Both the position numbers and the translations under genes were made by a program. This document shows, one piece after another, positions 1-8,012 of a stretch of 53,534 nucleotides of DNA. Position 1 is the first letter of the stretch. Every line of letters begins with the position of its first letter. Below the pieces are notes generated by a model that made no database searches, was not told where the DNA came from, and saw nothing but the letters and a program-made list of their open reading frames with translations. Source of the stretch: Rhodospirillaceae bacterium (GTDB lineage Bacteria; Pseudomonadota; Alphaproteobacteria; UBA7887); assembly GCA_002728255.1 (NCBI GenBank), contig PBWV01000024.1, positions 11,923-65,456 on the forward strand, read 5' to 3'.

Positions 1-4
1 AGGT

Positions 5-1051
5 ATGAAAATGCATCGTATAATTGTAGCTATTTTTGTTGTTTCTCTTTTGAGCATCGGTTCGCGGTCCTCAGCGGACGAGATGTGGAATATGGCGACA
101 GCATGGAGTGGCGGTCCGTTTCTTGAGGAAGATGCAAAGGGATTTGCAGAATTAGTGAAAACACTCACAAATGGTCGAATTCAAATAAATGTTTTCCCGG
201 GAGGGATGCTGGGAAGTGCTTTGAAGGTCTCGGAGACAGTACGGTCTGGGGTTGTGCAAGCTGGTCATAGTTGGATGGGTTATGACTGGGGTATAGACAA
301 AGCCACTCTCGCCTTGAGCGGCGGTCCGGGGCACTTAACCCCCGAAGAGTTTTTGATGTGGCTTTTTGAAGCAGGTGGCGCTGAATTGTGGTTTGAATAT
401 CGTAAAGAGGTTTTCGGCATAGCGTCCATTCCCTGTCAGATATCGCCAACCGAGATATTTCTGCACTCTACCAAAAAAGTAGAAACGATAGAAGACATGC
501 AAGGTCTTAAGTTACGAACGGCGGGGTCATGGGCGGAAATCGCTGGAAAATTAGGGGCATCCACCGTGATTTTACCGGGTGCCGAGGTATACCCTGCCTT
601 GGAACGGGGGGTGGTGGATGCGATTGAATGGAGTTCTCCTGCCGTTAATCTTCCCTCTGGATTTCACAAAATTGCAAAATATATAATCATGCCGGGTTTG
701 CATGCGACGGGTGGGGCCCAAGAGTGTGCGTTTAATCTTGATGTTTGGAATGGTCTGTCAGAAGAAGACCAAGAGCTTCTAAAATTGGCTGGTAAAATGA
801 TGGCGTTCGATAGTTGGTCCCGTTACGCCTATCGAGATATAGCTGCGTTGAAGACCATGAGAGAATACGGGAATGAATTTGTTATTTTGGATGATGAGTT
901 TATACGAGTGGGAGCTGAAGCTGCTAGGGAGTGGGAAGACGAAGAAGCGGCAGAGAATCCTTGGTTTAAGCGGATATTGGATCACAGGCGTGTGTTTGAA
1001 GAGGATATGTCCAATTGGCCCCAATTTCGTTTCCAAATTGGCAAACGTTAA
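5..1051 (+). CDS. TRAP transporter substrate-binding protein (DctP-type, COG4663/FcbT1-like)
   Basis: 348-aa ORF with signal peptide MKMHRIIVAIFVVSLLSIGSRSSA. Shares family motifs with the SBP paralogues at 8013 and 9195 (LKLRTAG vs LKMRFFG; VYPALERGVVDAIEWS vs IFPALELGTIDATEFS). Followed by dgoK and dgoA. Confidence 0.85.
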   Translation: MKMHRIIVAIFVVSLLSIGSRSSADEMWNMATAWSGGPFLEEDAKGFAELVKTLTNGRIQINVFPGGMLGSALKVSETVRSGVVQAGHSWMGYDWGIDKATLALSGGPGHLTPEEFLMWLFEAGGAELWFEYRKEVFGIASIPCQISPTEIFLHSTKKVETIEDMQGLKLRTAGSWAEIAGKLGASTVILPGAEVYPALERGVVDAIEWSSPAVNLPSGFHKIAKYIIMPGLHATGGAQECAFNLDVWNGLSEEDQELLKLAGKMMAFDSWSRYAYRDIAALKTMREYGNEFVILDDEFIRVGAEAAREWEDEEAAENPWFKRILDHRRVFEEDMSNWPQFRFQIGKR

Positions 1052-1093
1052 AAAACTTGATCCCGTTTTTAGGGTAGTTGTAAAGGGGCCGAG

Positions 1094-2020
1094 ATGACGG
1101 CAGCTCCTAATCCTGCCCCAAGTCTCATCGCCATAGATTGGGGCACTACCAATCGCCGGGGCTACTTATTAAACCGCGAGGGGATTATCTTAGATTCATA
1201 CTTTGATGGTGATGGCTTAACGAATATTAGGGATGGAGCCTACGAGGCTTCACTAAAGATTTTAGCTGCTCCGTGGGTCGCACAATGGGGTTCGTTACCT
1301 ATTCTAATGTCGGGCATGATTGGTGCTTCAACCGGTTGGGTAGATGCTGGATACTGCCCGGTGCCCGTCAATAGTGAAGGCTTGTCCAAAGAATTGGTTT
1401 GTGTAAGTGAAGAAAAAAATATTTGGATTGTGCCGGGTGTTCGGACATTAGATAATTCGGGAAATCCTGATGTTATTCGGGGTGAAGAGGTCCAATCACT
1501 TGCGATTGGGGGGTATTCAGATCAGTTAATGGTTGTTGCTCCTGGCACTCACTCTAAATGGATCCACATCCAAGATAAGAGCATTACGGGATTCACTACG
1601 TTTTTAACTGGTGACCTATTCGATGCAGTGTTGAATCATACCATCATTTCTGTTCTTAATGACCAAGCTCGTGTGATGAATGACGATGCCTTCTATAGGG
1701 GAGTTCGGGCGGGATTTTCCGAGTATCAGAATCTTCTGCATACCTTGTTTTCGGCTCGGACAAATGTCCTTTTTAAGAATTTACTGCCAACTGAAGTGTC
1801 GGATTACCTTTCAGGCTTACTCATTGGAGGAGAGATTGGAAGTGGTCGCTCAGAAGTTGGAATGACGGATGCCGTTTTCGTCTTAATTGGCGCAAGCGAT
1901 CTAACTGAGAGATATAAACGGGCCTTCGGTGCGTGTGAAATTACGGCAGAGATCATGAATACAAATACGGTCGGGAAAGTTTATTCAGGGATAGCAAGAT
2001 CAGCGGGGCTCATTGGGTAA
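1094..2020 (+). CDS. dgoK: 2-dehydro-3-deoxygalactonokinase
   Basis: 308 aa. N-terminal IAIDWGTTNRRGYLL matches the DgoK ATPase phosphate-1 motif. Sits directly upstream of a DgoA-type aldolase. AAAGGGG lies upstream of the ATG. Confidence 0.85.
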   Translation: MTAAPNPAPSLIAIDWGTTNRRGYLLNREGIILDSYFDGDGLTNIRDGAYEASLKILAAPWVAQWGSLPILMSGMIGASTGWVDAGYCPVPVNSEGLSKELVCVSEEKNIWIVPGVRTLDNSGNPDVIRGEEVQSLAIGGYSDQLMVVAPGTHSKWIHIQDKSITGFTTFLTGDLFDAVLNHTIISVLNDQARVMNDDAFYRGVRAGFSEYQNLLHTLFSARTNVLFKNLLPTEVSDYLSGLLIGGEIGSGRSEVGMTDAVFVLIGASDLTERYKRAFGACEITAEIMNTNTVGKVYSGIARSAGLIG

Positions 2021-2025
2021 TCAAA

Positions 2026-2661
2026 ATGGATTTTAGGCATTGGAAAACAAAGGTGAGTGTATTACCGCTTGTGCCTATCTTAAGGGGAATAACTGCCGGT
2101 CAAGCCCTCTCGGTTGCGCATATACTGCGCAAAAATGGCTTTAATTCTTTGGAAATTCCAATGAACAGCCCGGACGCAGTTGAGACTATCTCCCTTTGTG
2201 TCCGAGAGTTGGGGGACGAGATGGTAGTTGGTGCAGGCACCGTCTCGCGAGTTAGTGAGGTCAAAGTATTACAAGAGGTTGGGTGTCACTTTATCGTCAG
2301 TCCCCATTCGGACCCTGCGGTGATAACTGCTACAAAATCTGCGAAAATGGTAAGTGTTCCTGGTGTCAGCACACCGACGGAGGCTTTTGCAGCGCTTCAG
2401 GCGGGTGCCGATGCGTTAAAGGTTTTTCCGGCAGAGTTGATAACTCCGAAGGTTTTCAAGGCATGGCGTGCTGTATTGCCCCGAGACGTATGGCTATTAC
2501 CGGTTGGTGGAATTACACCATCTTTGCTTGGGGCTTATTGGGCAGTGGGGGCAAATGGCTTTGGTCTAGGTTCAGCCTTATATAGCGAGGGGTTCTCTCC
2601 GGAGGAAATTAAAAACACAAGTTTGACTTTTGCTCAGCAATACCAACTAGATTGCAAATAA
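2026..2661 (+). CDS. dgoA: 2-dehydro-3-deoxy-6-phosphogalactonate aldolase (KDPGal/KDPG aldolase family)
   Basis: 211 aa. Motifs LPLVPILRGIT, EIPMNSP, GAGTV, VSPHSD, PGVSTPTEAFAALQAGADALKVFPA and PVGGI are typical of DgoA/Eda class I aldolases. Only 5 nt separate it from dgoK. Confidence 0.85.
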   Translation: MDFRHWKTKVSVLPLVPILRGITAGQALSVAHILRKNGFNSLEIPMNSPDAVETISLCVRELGDEMVVGAGTVSRVSEVKVLQEVGCHFIVSPHSDPAVITATKSAKMVSVPGVSTPTEAFAALQAGADALKVFPAELITPKVFKAWRAVLPRDVWLLPVGGITPSLLGAYWAVGANGFGLGSALYSEGFSPEEIKNTSLTFAQQYQLDCK

Positions 2662-2742
2662 ATTCCCCTTCTATGTTGAGGTTGTGAGTCTGGGTTTGGA
2701 TGTTCAGTAGAGATCTCAAATAATTTGGAACGGAGGTTAGTA

Positions 2743-3324
2743 ATGGGAAAACCACGCCTATCTCCACTCCCTAAGGGCGAGTGGGATGCAGAAATACAGG
2801 CTCTTTTCGAAAAAATTGGCTACGAAACCGAGGCCGATCTTTATAACGTTCTTAAGACATTGGCCCGTCATCCCAAGTTATTAAAAAGGTGGCTTCCATT
2901 TGCAAGTCATGTGCTCTTGAAGTCCACATTAACTCCTCGTATTCGTGAGATAGTCATTCTCCGGACGGGCTGGTTGTGTTGCTCTGAATACGAATGGACC
3001 CAGCACGTCCGTATTGCTAAAGAGGAAGCGGCGATGAATATGAGTGATTTTTCTGCCTTGGAAATCGGTTCAAAAGATCCGCATTGGGGAAATGAAGAGA
3101 GAATGGCCCTCAAATTATGTGAAGACCTTTTTGCATTCAAAACTGTAAGAGAGAGCACGTGGAAGGAGTTGATCGGGTACTTTGATGATAAGCAAGTGCT
3201 GGATATGGTGGCAGCTGTTGGAAACTACACCATGGTATCCATGATGTTAAATACCTTTCAGGTCCCCTTAGATAGTTGGCTAGAAAAGTATGAGGGTTTT
3301 GGTGTAGCGAGCGCTCAGAAGTAA
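2743..3324 (+). CDS. carboxymuconolactone decarboxylase (AhpD-like) family protein
   Basis: Motifs REIVILRTGWLCCSEYEWTQHVRIAKE are typical of the CMD family. I place the start at ATG 2743 behind GGAGG (2732-2736) rather than at the TTG at 2725. Confidence 0.7.
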   Translation: MGKPRLSPLPKGEWDAEIQALFEKIGYETEADLYNVLKTLARHPKLLKRWLPFASHVLLKSTLTPRIREIVILRTGWLCCSEYEWTQHVRIAKEEAAMNMSDFSALEIGSKDPHWGNEERMALKLCEDLFAFKTVRESTWKELIGYFDDKQVLDMVAAVGNYTMVSMMLNTFQVPLDSWLEKYEGFGVASAQK

Positions 3325-3348
3325 AATGCAGCTATTGCTACTAAAAAA

Positions 3349-3377
3349 GGGTCGGGACACCTTTCGGGCCCCGACCC
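3349..3377. terminator. GC-rich hairpin between convergent genes (candidate bidirectional intrinsic terminator)
   Basis: GGGTCGGG (3349-3356) pairs with CCCGACCC (3370-3377). An A-run lies on one side. It sits between the stop at 3324 (+) and the stop at 3407 (-). Confidence 0.6.
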
Positions 3378-3406
3378 ATCATTAGGTTAAACGTATTTGC
3401 AGTGCT

Positions 3407-5143
3407 CTATGGCAAAGCGAATACGTGAATGGCGCCACCTTGCGGTACCATCACGTCGTAACCAGGAACGATAGTACGGAGTACGCCCTGTTTGCGTTCC
3501 GCATCTACGCCCCAGCCAGAGACGACACCAACATACTGTTTGCCGTCAATTGACCAAGTGCTTGGTACAGCGGTAATGCCTGATGACGTTGGGTATTCCC
3601 AAAGTACCGAGCCATTGCTTGCGTCAAATGCACGGAACATATGGTCGTTTGTGCCACCAGCGAAGAGCAGTCCGCCGCCAGTTGAAAGAATTGGTCCCCA
3701 GTTGTGATGATCGAAATTATGGGTCCAAACTTCTTTTTTGTCGCTTACATTCCAAGCTTGGATTTCACCGATGTGGTCCCATCCTTCCCGCATGAAGAAC
3801 TCGTTCAAGAGGATCGGAATGTCCACGCCAAGATATAGCTCACCTTGGATGAATTCCTGATCAATACCCAAAAGGGTAGAACAAATGTTCTCATTCGCAG
3901 GTATGTAGATCATGTCAGTGTCTGGATTGTATGCTGCAGAAGGCCAGTCCTTGCCCCCCCACAGAGATGGGCAGAACTCAACTTTTTCGTTGAGTACGGG
4001 CCAATGTGCTTTGTCGTATGTGAAGCGACCGGTCTTTGGGTCAATGTCTGTTACAACATTACCGTAGACATATGGCCAAGCATCTACAAAGTTAATTGGA
4101 CCTTCCGGTGTAGGCTCTAGCACGAAAATGTGGCCATTACGGGCAACATTAACAAGGGCCTTGAAAGTACGTCCGCCGTATGTGATTGGTCGAATGATCG
4201 GCGGTGATACCTCATCCCAGTCCCAAGAGTCGTTCCAGTGATACTGATGATGTCCGATAATTTTACCGCTATCGAGGTCTAGAGCGACCACGGAAGTCGT
4301 GTAAAGATTATCCATGAAACCACGTGTCTCACCAATCCATGGTGCGGCATTTCCTATGCCCCAATATAGGATATTGGTTTCCGAGTCATAGGTCCCTGTA
4401 TTCCAGGCAGAGCCACCGCCCGTTTTCCAGGAATCATCATTTGGCCATGTGTCATGCCCAGCTTCGCCGGGAGCAGGAATAGTATAGGTGGTCCAAACTT
4501 TTTCGCCGGTTTCGGAATCGAAGGCATCTATGTGTCCACGAATACCATATTCGCCACCCGAGGTGCCAACTACTACTTTACCATCCCTTACAAATGGTTG
4601 AAGGGACATGTAGTATCCAGCCTGATAATCATCGACGGCTACTTCCCAGACAACTTCGCCTGTTTTCGCGTCAAGAGCGATCAGAAAACAGTCAGTTGCC
4701 GCAAAGTAAACTTTATCACCATAAAGCCCCACACCACGACTGGTTGGATGCAATTGGAAAAGGTCTTCAGGAATTTCCCTCTTATAGCGCCAGAGTTGCT
4801 TTCCTGATTTTGCATCTAATGCAATAACCTGGTTTTGAGGGGTTGCAACAAACATCACTCCGTCATTGACCTGCGGAGGAGCTTGATGCCCCTCGTCAAC
4901 TCCAGTAGCAAAGGACCAAACCGGACGCAGGTTACCTACGTTGCCCGAGTTGATTTCGTTCAGATTGCTGTGGAGCCAGCCTTCATCATTGCCGCGAACC
5001 TGCAGCCAATTATTGTGTTCTTGGTTTGCTAGCCTGGAATCCGTCACATTACTGTAGTTATCGATGCCTGCGGCCGTGGCCAACGAAGCTCCGATTCCTA
5101 CAAGTAACGCCGCCCCGAGGCCTGTTAGCGTTCTTGCAGACAT
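3407..5143 (-). CDS. periplasmic PQQ-dependent alcohol/methanol dehydrogenase family quinoprotein (XoxF/ExaA-like, divergent)
   Basis: 578 aa from ATG 5143, preceded by AAGGGAGGA. Signal peptide MSARTLTGLGAALLVGIGASLATAAG. Eight-bladed propeller landmarks: SGGEYGIRGH, GGGSAWNTGTYD, GIGNAAPW, WDWDE, NVARNGH. Confidence 0.9.
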   Translation of the reverse strand: MSARTLTGLGAALLVGIGASLATAAGIDNYSNVTDSRLANQEHNNWLQVRGNDEGWLHSNLNEINSGNVGNLRPVWSFATGVDEGHQAPPQVNDGVMFVATPQNQVIALDAKSGKQLWRYKREIPEDLFQLHPTSRGVGLYGDKVYFAATDCFLIALDAKTGEVVWEVAVDDYQAGYYMSLQPFVRDGKVVVGTSGGEYGIRGHIDAFDSETGEKVWTTYTIPAPGEAGHDTWPNDDSWKTGGGSAWNTGTYDSETNILYWGIGNAAPWIGETRGFMDNLYTTSVVALDLDSGKIIGHHQYHWNDSWDWDEVSPPIIRPITYGGRTFKALVNVARNGHIFVLEPTPEGPINFVDAWPYVYGNVVTDIDPKTGRFTYDKAHWPVLNEKVEFCPSLWGGKDWPSAAYNPDTDMIYIPANENICSTLLGIDQEFIQGELYLGVDIPILLNEFFMREGWDHIGEIQAWNVSDKKEVWTHNFDHHNWGPILSTGGGLLFAGGTNDHMFRAFDASNGSVLWEYPTSSGITAVPSTWSIDGKQYVGVVSGWGVDAERKQGVLRTIVPGYDVMVPQGGAIHVFALP

Positions 5144-5447
5144 GTAGTCCTCCCTTAGTGAATACCTTCGAGCGACATGACTTCGACCCATCACGGTGTG
5201 CCAACCCATGCCATCCGCCCTTGCGGCCTTCCATTACAGCGGCATCGGCCACCTTTGTTAAGGAGCAGGATACCACTTGGGGTAGACTAGCACATGTAGC
5301 ACGTATAACAACGAAATAACGGGCTTGATGAAGGTGCCGGACCTAGCATATACGGGTAGGTGATTATCACAACGTAATCACAGCATATTGTGTGCAATAG
5401 TATAACGTGCCCATTATATTGTGGTGGTGACAGGGAGGTTCGAAATT

Positions 5448-5939
5448 ATGGTAGTTTTCAGGAAGTGGGCCCAGTCTATTTTTTTCCTATTCTCGGGGGG
5501 TTTTATTATTTTTCTGACAGCTGCTGCTTGGGCCGATGGAGATTCCGAGGTTGAATCGTTTATGCACCATTATCTGAATACCTTTGATACCGGCCACATT
5601 TGGGAAATCACCCCCTTATACAGCGACCCCTTTTATATGTTGGCGCCCTCAGGTGGTATAAAAAGTTTTGAGGGTGCTAGAGATATAAAGAAGAGTATTA
5701 AGGACTGGAAATTTTATATGAAGAAGGCTGGAGTGGCCACCAGCCGCTACATACAATTGAACGTTAAGGCTTTATCAGAAGACACGGATCTTGCGAGCGC
5801 TGAGGTAGAGCGGGCAGACGAACATGGGAAAGTGCGGGCGAATACAGGGGCAACCTACACCCTTATCCGTGTTGACGGGCAGTGGAAGATATACCTGATC
5901 CACCTTCACTCGCGGGAAACTGTATTCAACTTTCAGTGA
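5448..5939 (+). CDS. secreted or membrane-anchored NTF2-like (SnoaL/DUF4440-like) protein, function unknown
   Basis: Start ATG 5448 behind GGGAGG. Hydrophobic N-terminus IFFLFSGGFIIFLTAAAWA. C-terminal GQWKIYLIHLH strand is typical of the NTF2-like fold. Call is by general resemblance only. Confidence 0.45.
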   Translation: MVVFRKWAQSIFFLFSGGFIIFLTAAAWADGDSEVESFMHHYLNTFDTGHIWEITPLYSDPFYMLAPSGGIKSFEGARDIKKSIKDWKFYMKKAGVATSRYIQLNVKALSEDTDLASAEVERADEHGKVRANTGATYTLIRVDGQWKIYLIHLHSRETVFNFQ

Positions 5940-5992
5940 TCTTCTCGTCAAGGGCGACAGCATTTCAAATGGCTGCGCAAGTCCTAGATAGA

Positions 5993-6568
5993 TTATTTTT
6001 TCTTTGCTCCTACCCTGCCATTGAATTTTTCCCGAACAACCAAAACTCCATCGTCACTACCTAGAGGTAGGCCAGCCAAACGTCGTACAGCCGGTCCGTT
6101 TATGGCTTTTCCCTCATTTCTTGCATCAAACCCTGATCCATGACACATGCACATTATCCGCTGCTGTTCATCATTCCACGTGTTGATCACACATCCTTGG
6201 TGAGAGCAAACGGATGAATACGCCACGATCCCATTGATGGCATTCGCCTGGGTTTTCTCAGATAACGACGAGGGCTCTACTCGAAGAAGTAAAACTTGAT
6301 TGAGGCGTGATTTCTTTCGAATAATCCCGGTTGCCGGATCCATTGGAAATGCCATAACTACAGGCCCCCCCATCGGGACGTGCTCTTCCCGAATAATTTC
6401 GCCTTTTTTGTCCCCTTTTTGGAAGGCTAAAAAATCTCCTTCCTGGGGGCGCATTTTCTCCGGGGGTTTTTCCTTGGCTGCCAATGCCACTTGCGGGGCA
6501 GAAGCAATAACACCTGCTCCTACAACGCCCTTTAAGAAATCTCGTCGTATAGTTTTATTGTTGCTCAA
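5993..6568 (-). CDS. Tat-exported Rieske [2Fe-2S] protein
   Basis: Twin-arginine signal IRRDFLKGVVGAGVIASAPQVALA. Rieske boxes CSHQGC and CMCHGS are 13 residues apart, including the two disulfide Cys. TTG start at 6568 behind GGAGAGGGA. Confidence 0.85.
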   Translation of the reverse strand: MSNNKTIRRDFLKGVVGAGVIASAPQVALAAKEKPPEKMRPQEGDFLAFQKGDKKGEIIREEHVPMGGPVVMAFPMDPATGIIRKKSRLNQVLLLRVEPSSLSEKTQANAINGIVAYSSVCSHQGCVINTWNDEQQRIMCMCHGSGFDARNEGKAINGPAVRRLAGLPLGSDDGVLVVREKFNGRVGAKKK

Positions 6569-6637
6569 GGTCCCTCTCCGTTACTAGCTTACTTAAAGCG
6601 ATCGTATAATCGTTGCTGCTGCCAAACAATTTATTTT

Positions 6638-6646
6638 TGATATAAT
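6638..6646 (+). promoter_or_regulatory. candidate extended -10 promoter element (TGATATAAT)
   Basis: TGnTATAAT match about 90 nt upstream of the ORF at 6735. It is followed by the inverted repeat GAGAAA-AA-TTTCTC (6651-6664). There is no clear -35. Confidence 0.25.
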
Positions 6647-6734
6647 ATGCGAGAAAAATTTCTCACAAAGGGCAGATATAGGGATATCCATGCTAAAAGA
6701 ATAACTTCTTCTTGCGGGTGAGTGCGAGGAAGGT

Positions 6735-7820
6735 TTGGGGTTCGCATTTTTTAATTGGGATATGAATGTAGCTATGGGGACACGTATTTTTGGGGCTTGG
6801 ACGGCATCTCATACCATTAGTGAGTTAAGGAATGGAATTTATCTTTTAGTGTTCCTGATTGTATCGATTGGATTAAATGTAGGGAAGGCAGTTGGTGCCG
6901 ACGAGATATGTTCCGGGGAACTAACATCAAAGTGTTTGGCGGATCTAGCCCTGCACGACGCAAGTCATGTGGATGATAATCATTGGCGAGGGCTTGCTCA
7001 CGCGGCTATTGCCTCTGCAGAACTTGAGTTTGGTGATAGTGCGGGCGCTCTTATCGATTTGGATAGGGCATCAGCTAGTATCCAGTTGGAGAGCAATAAG
7101 TTCAATCAGGTTGAGGGGCTTATTAGGATTGCAGTCACCCAAGCGGAACTAGGGGAATTTATAGCGGCGGAGCAAAATATAGCTCGTGCGGCTGCAATCG
7201 CAGATGTAATAATCTTGCCTGATTGGCGGTATTGGGCTCTTTCCTTTTTACCCAGGGCTAAGGCAAAAACATGCGCTTTTGTGGAGGCAAAGGAAAGTAT
7301 CGAAGAGAGTGTGATTTCGGTAAAGCTCATCGGAGATATTGTGGCACGGGCATCTGCCAGCACTCACATAGCAGCTGCTCAAATTGAGATTGGTGATCCG
7401 AAAGGTGCTATGCGAACAGCAGAGAGAATTTTACAGGTAGTATCCAAGATTGATGATGAGTTTTGGACAACCGAATTGTTGTCTGAGGTGGCCCTTTTGC
7501 AAGGTAGGGCAGGGGATATTGAGGGAGCACGTGCCAGTCTTGCCCAAGCCTTGTCCATAGCGAAAGGTATAGACGCCTCTTGGAGGAACTGGAGATTGGC
7601 TAAGTTTGCTTTAGTCGAGGCCCAGCTCTATGAAAGTATTCTTTCCAGGGAGCGAATATCGGATTTGGTTGAGATACTCTACGATGATATTTCGGATGAA
7701 AGTTTGGCGGGATGGCGCACCTTTGCCTTTGCCTACCTTTCAAAAGCATTAGCGATAGTTGAAGTCAGAGAATCTGGTCGTGTTCCATCTTCTTTGCTAT
7801 CTGCGCGCCAATGTGCGTGA
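6735..7820 (+). CDS. hypothetical exported alpha-helical repeat (TPR-like) protein
   Basis: 361-aa ORF; the start is uncertain (TTG 6735, ATG 6762 or 6774). Hydrophobic segment IYLLVFLIVSIGLNVGKAVGA. Recurring motif A-x-A-Q/E-x-E-x-G-D/E-x-x-G/A-A (AIASAELEFGDSAGAL, IAVTQAELGEFIAAE, IAAAQIEIGDPKGAM, VALLQGRAGDIEGAR). Confidence 0.5.
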   Translation: MGFAFFNWDMNVAMGTRIFGAWTASHTISELRNGIYLLVFLIVSIGLNVGKAVGADEICSGELTSKCLADLALHDASHVDDNHWRGLAHAAIASAELEFGDSAGALIDLDRASASIQLESNKFNQVEGLIRIAVTQAELGEFIAAEQNIARAAAIADVIILPDWRYWALSFLPRAKAKTCAFVEAKESIEESVISVKLIGDIVARASASTHIAAAQIEIGDPKGAMRTAERILQVVSKIDDEFWTTELLSEVALLQGRAGDIEGARASLAQALSIAKGIDASWRNWRLAKFALVEAQLYESILSRERISDLVEILYDDISDESLAGWRTFAFAYLSKALAIVEVRESGRVPSSLLSARQCA

Positions 7821-8012
7821 AGGGCCCAGTAAGTTTTACCGTAATTTAGCTCGATCCTGAGTTTTCTCATGGACCCTGGTTCGCGTGGGGCGTTGCTGTA
7901 ACACTTGTGGTATCCAAACAAAAGATGTTGTAATCTTTGTACATTAGTCTGTCGGGCATGACGCCAGTCTATTTTGGCTTACCGGGAAATGCATTTGGGG
8001 GTGCTTATTTAG

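Noticed and set aside
5144-5209. 22-codon N-terminal extension of the PQQ dehydrogenase ORF (MGWHTVMGRSHVARRYSLREDY)
   Set aside because: ATG 5143 is preceded by AAGGGAGGA at ideal spacing and is followed at once by a signal peptide. The extension has no SD and would bury the signal sequence.
7857-8003. THI-box-like fragments (CTGAG and GGGGTGC) upstream of the first tandem SBP gene
   Set aside because: The fragments are in the wrong order and spacing for a TPP riboswitch, and the other conserved segments are absent.
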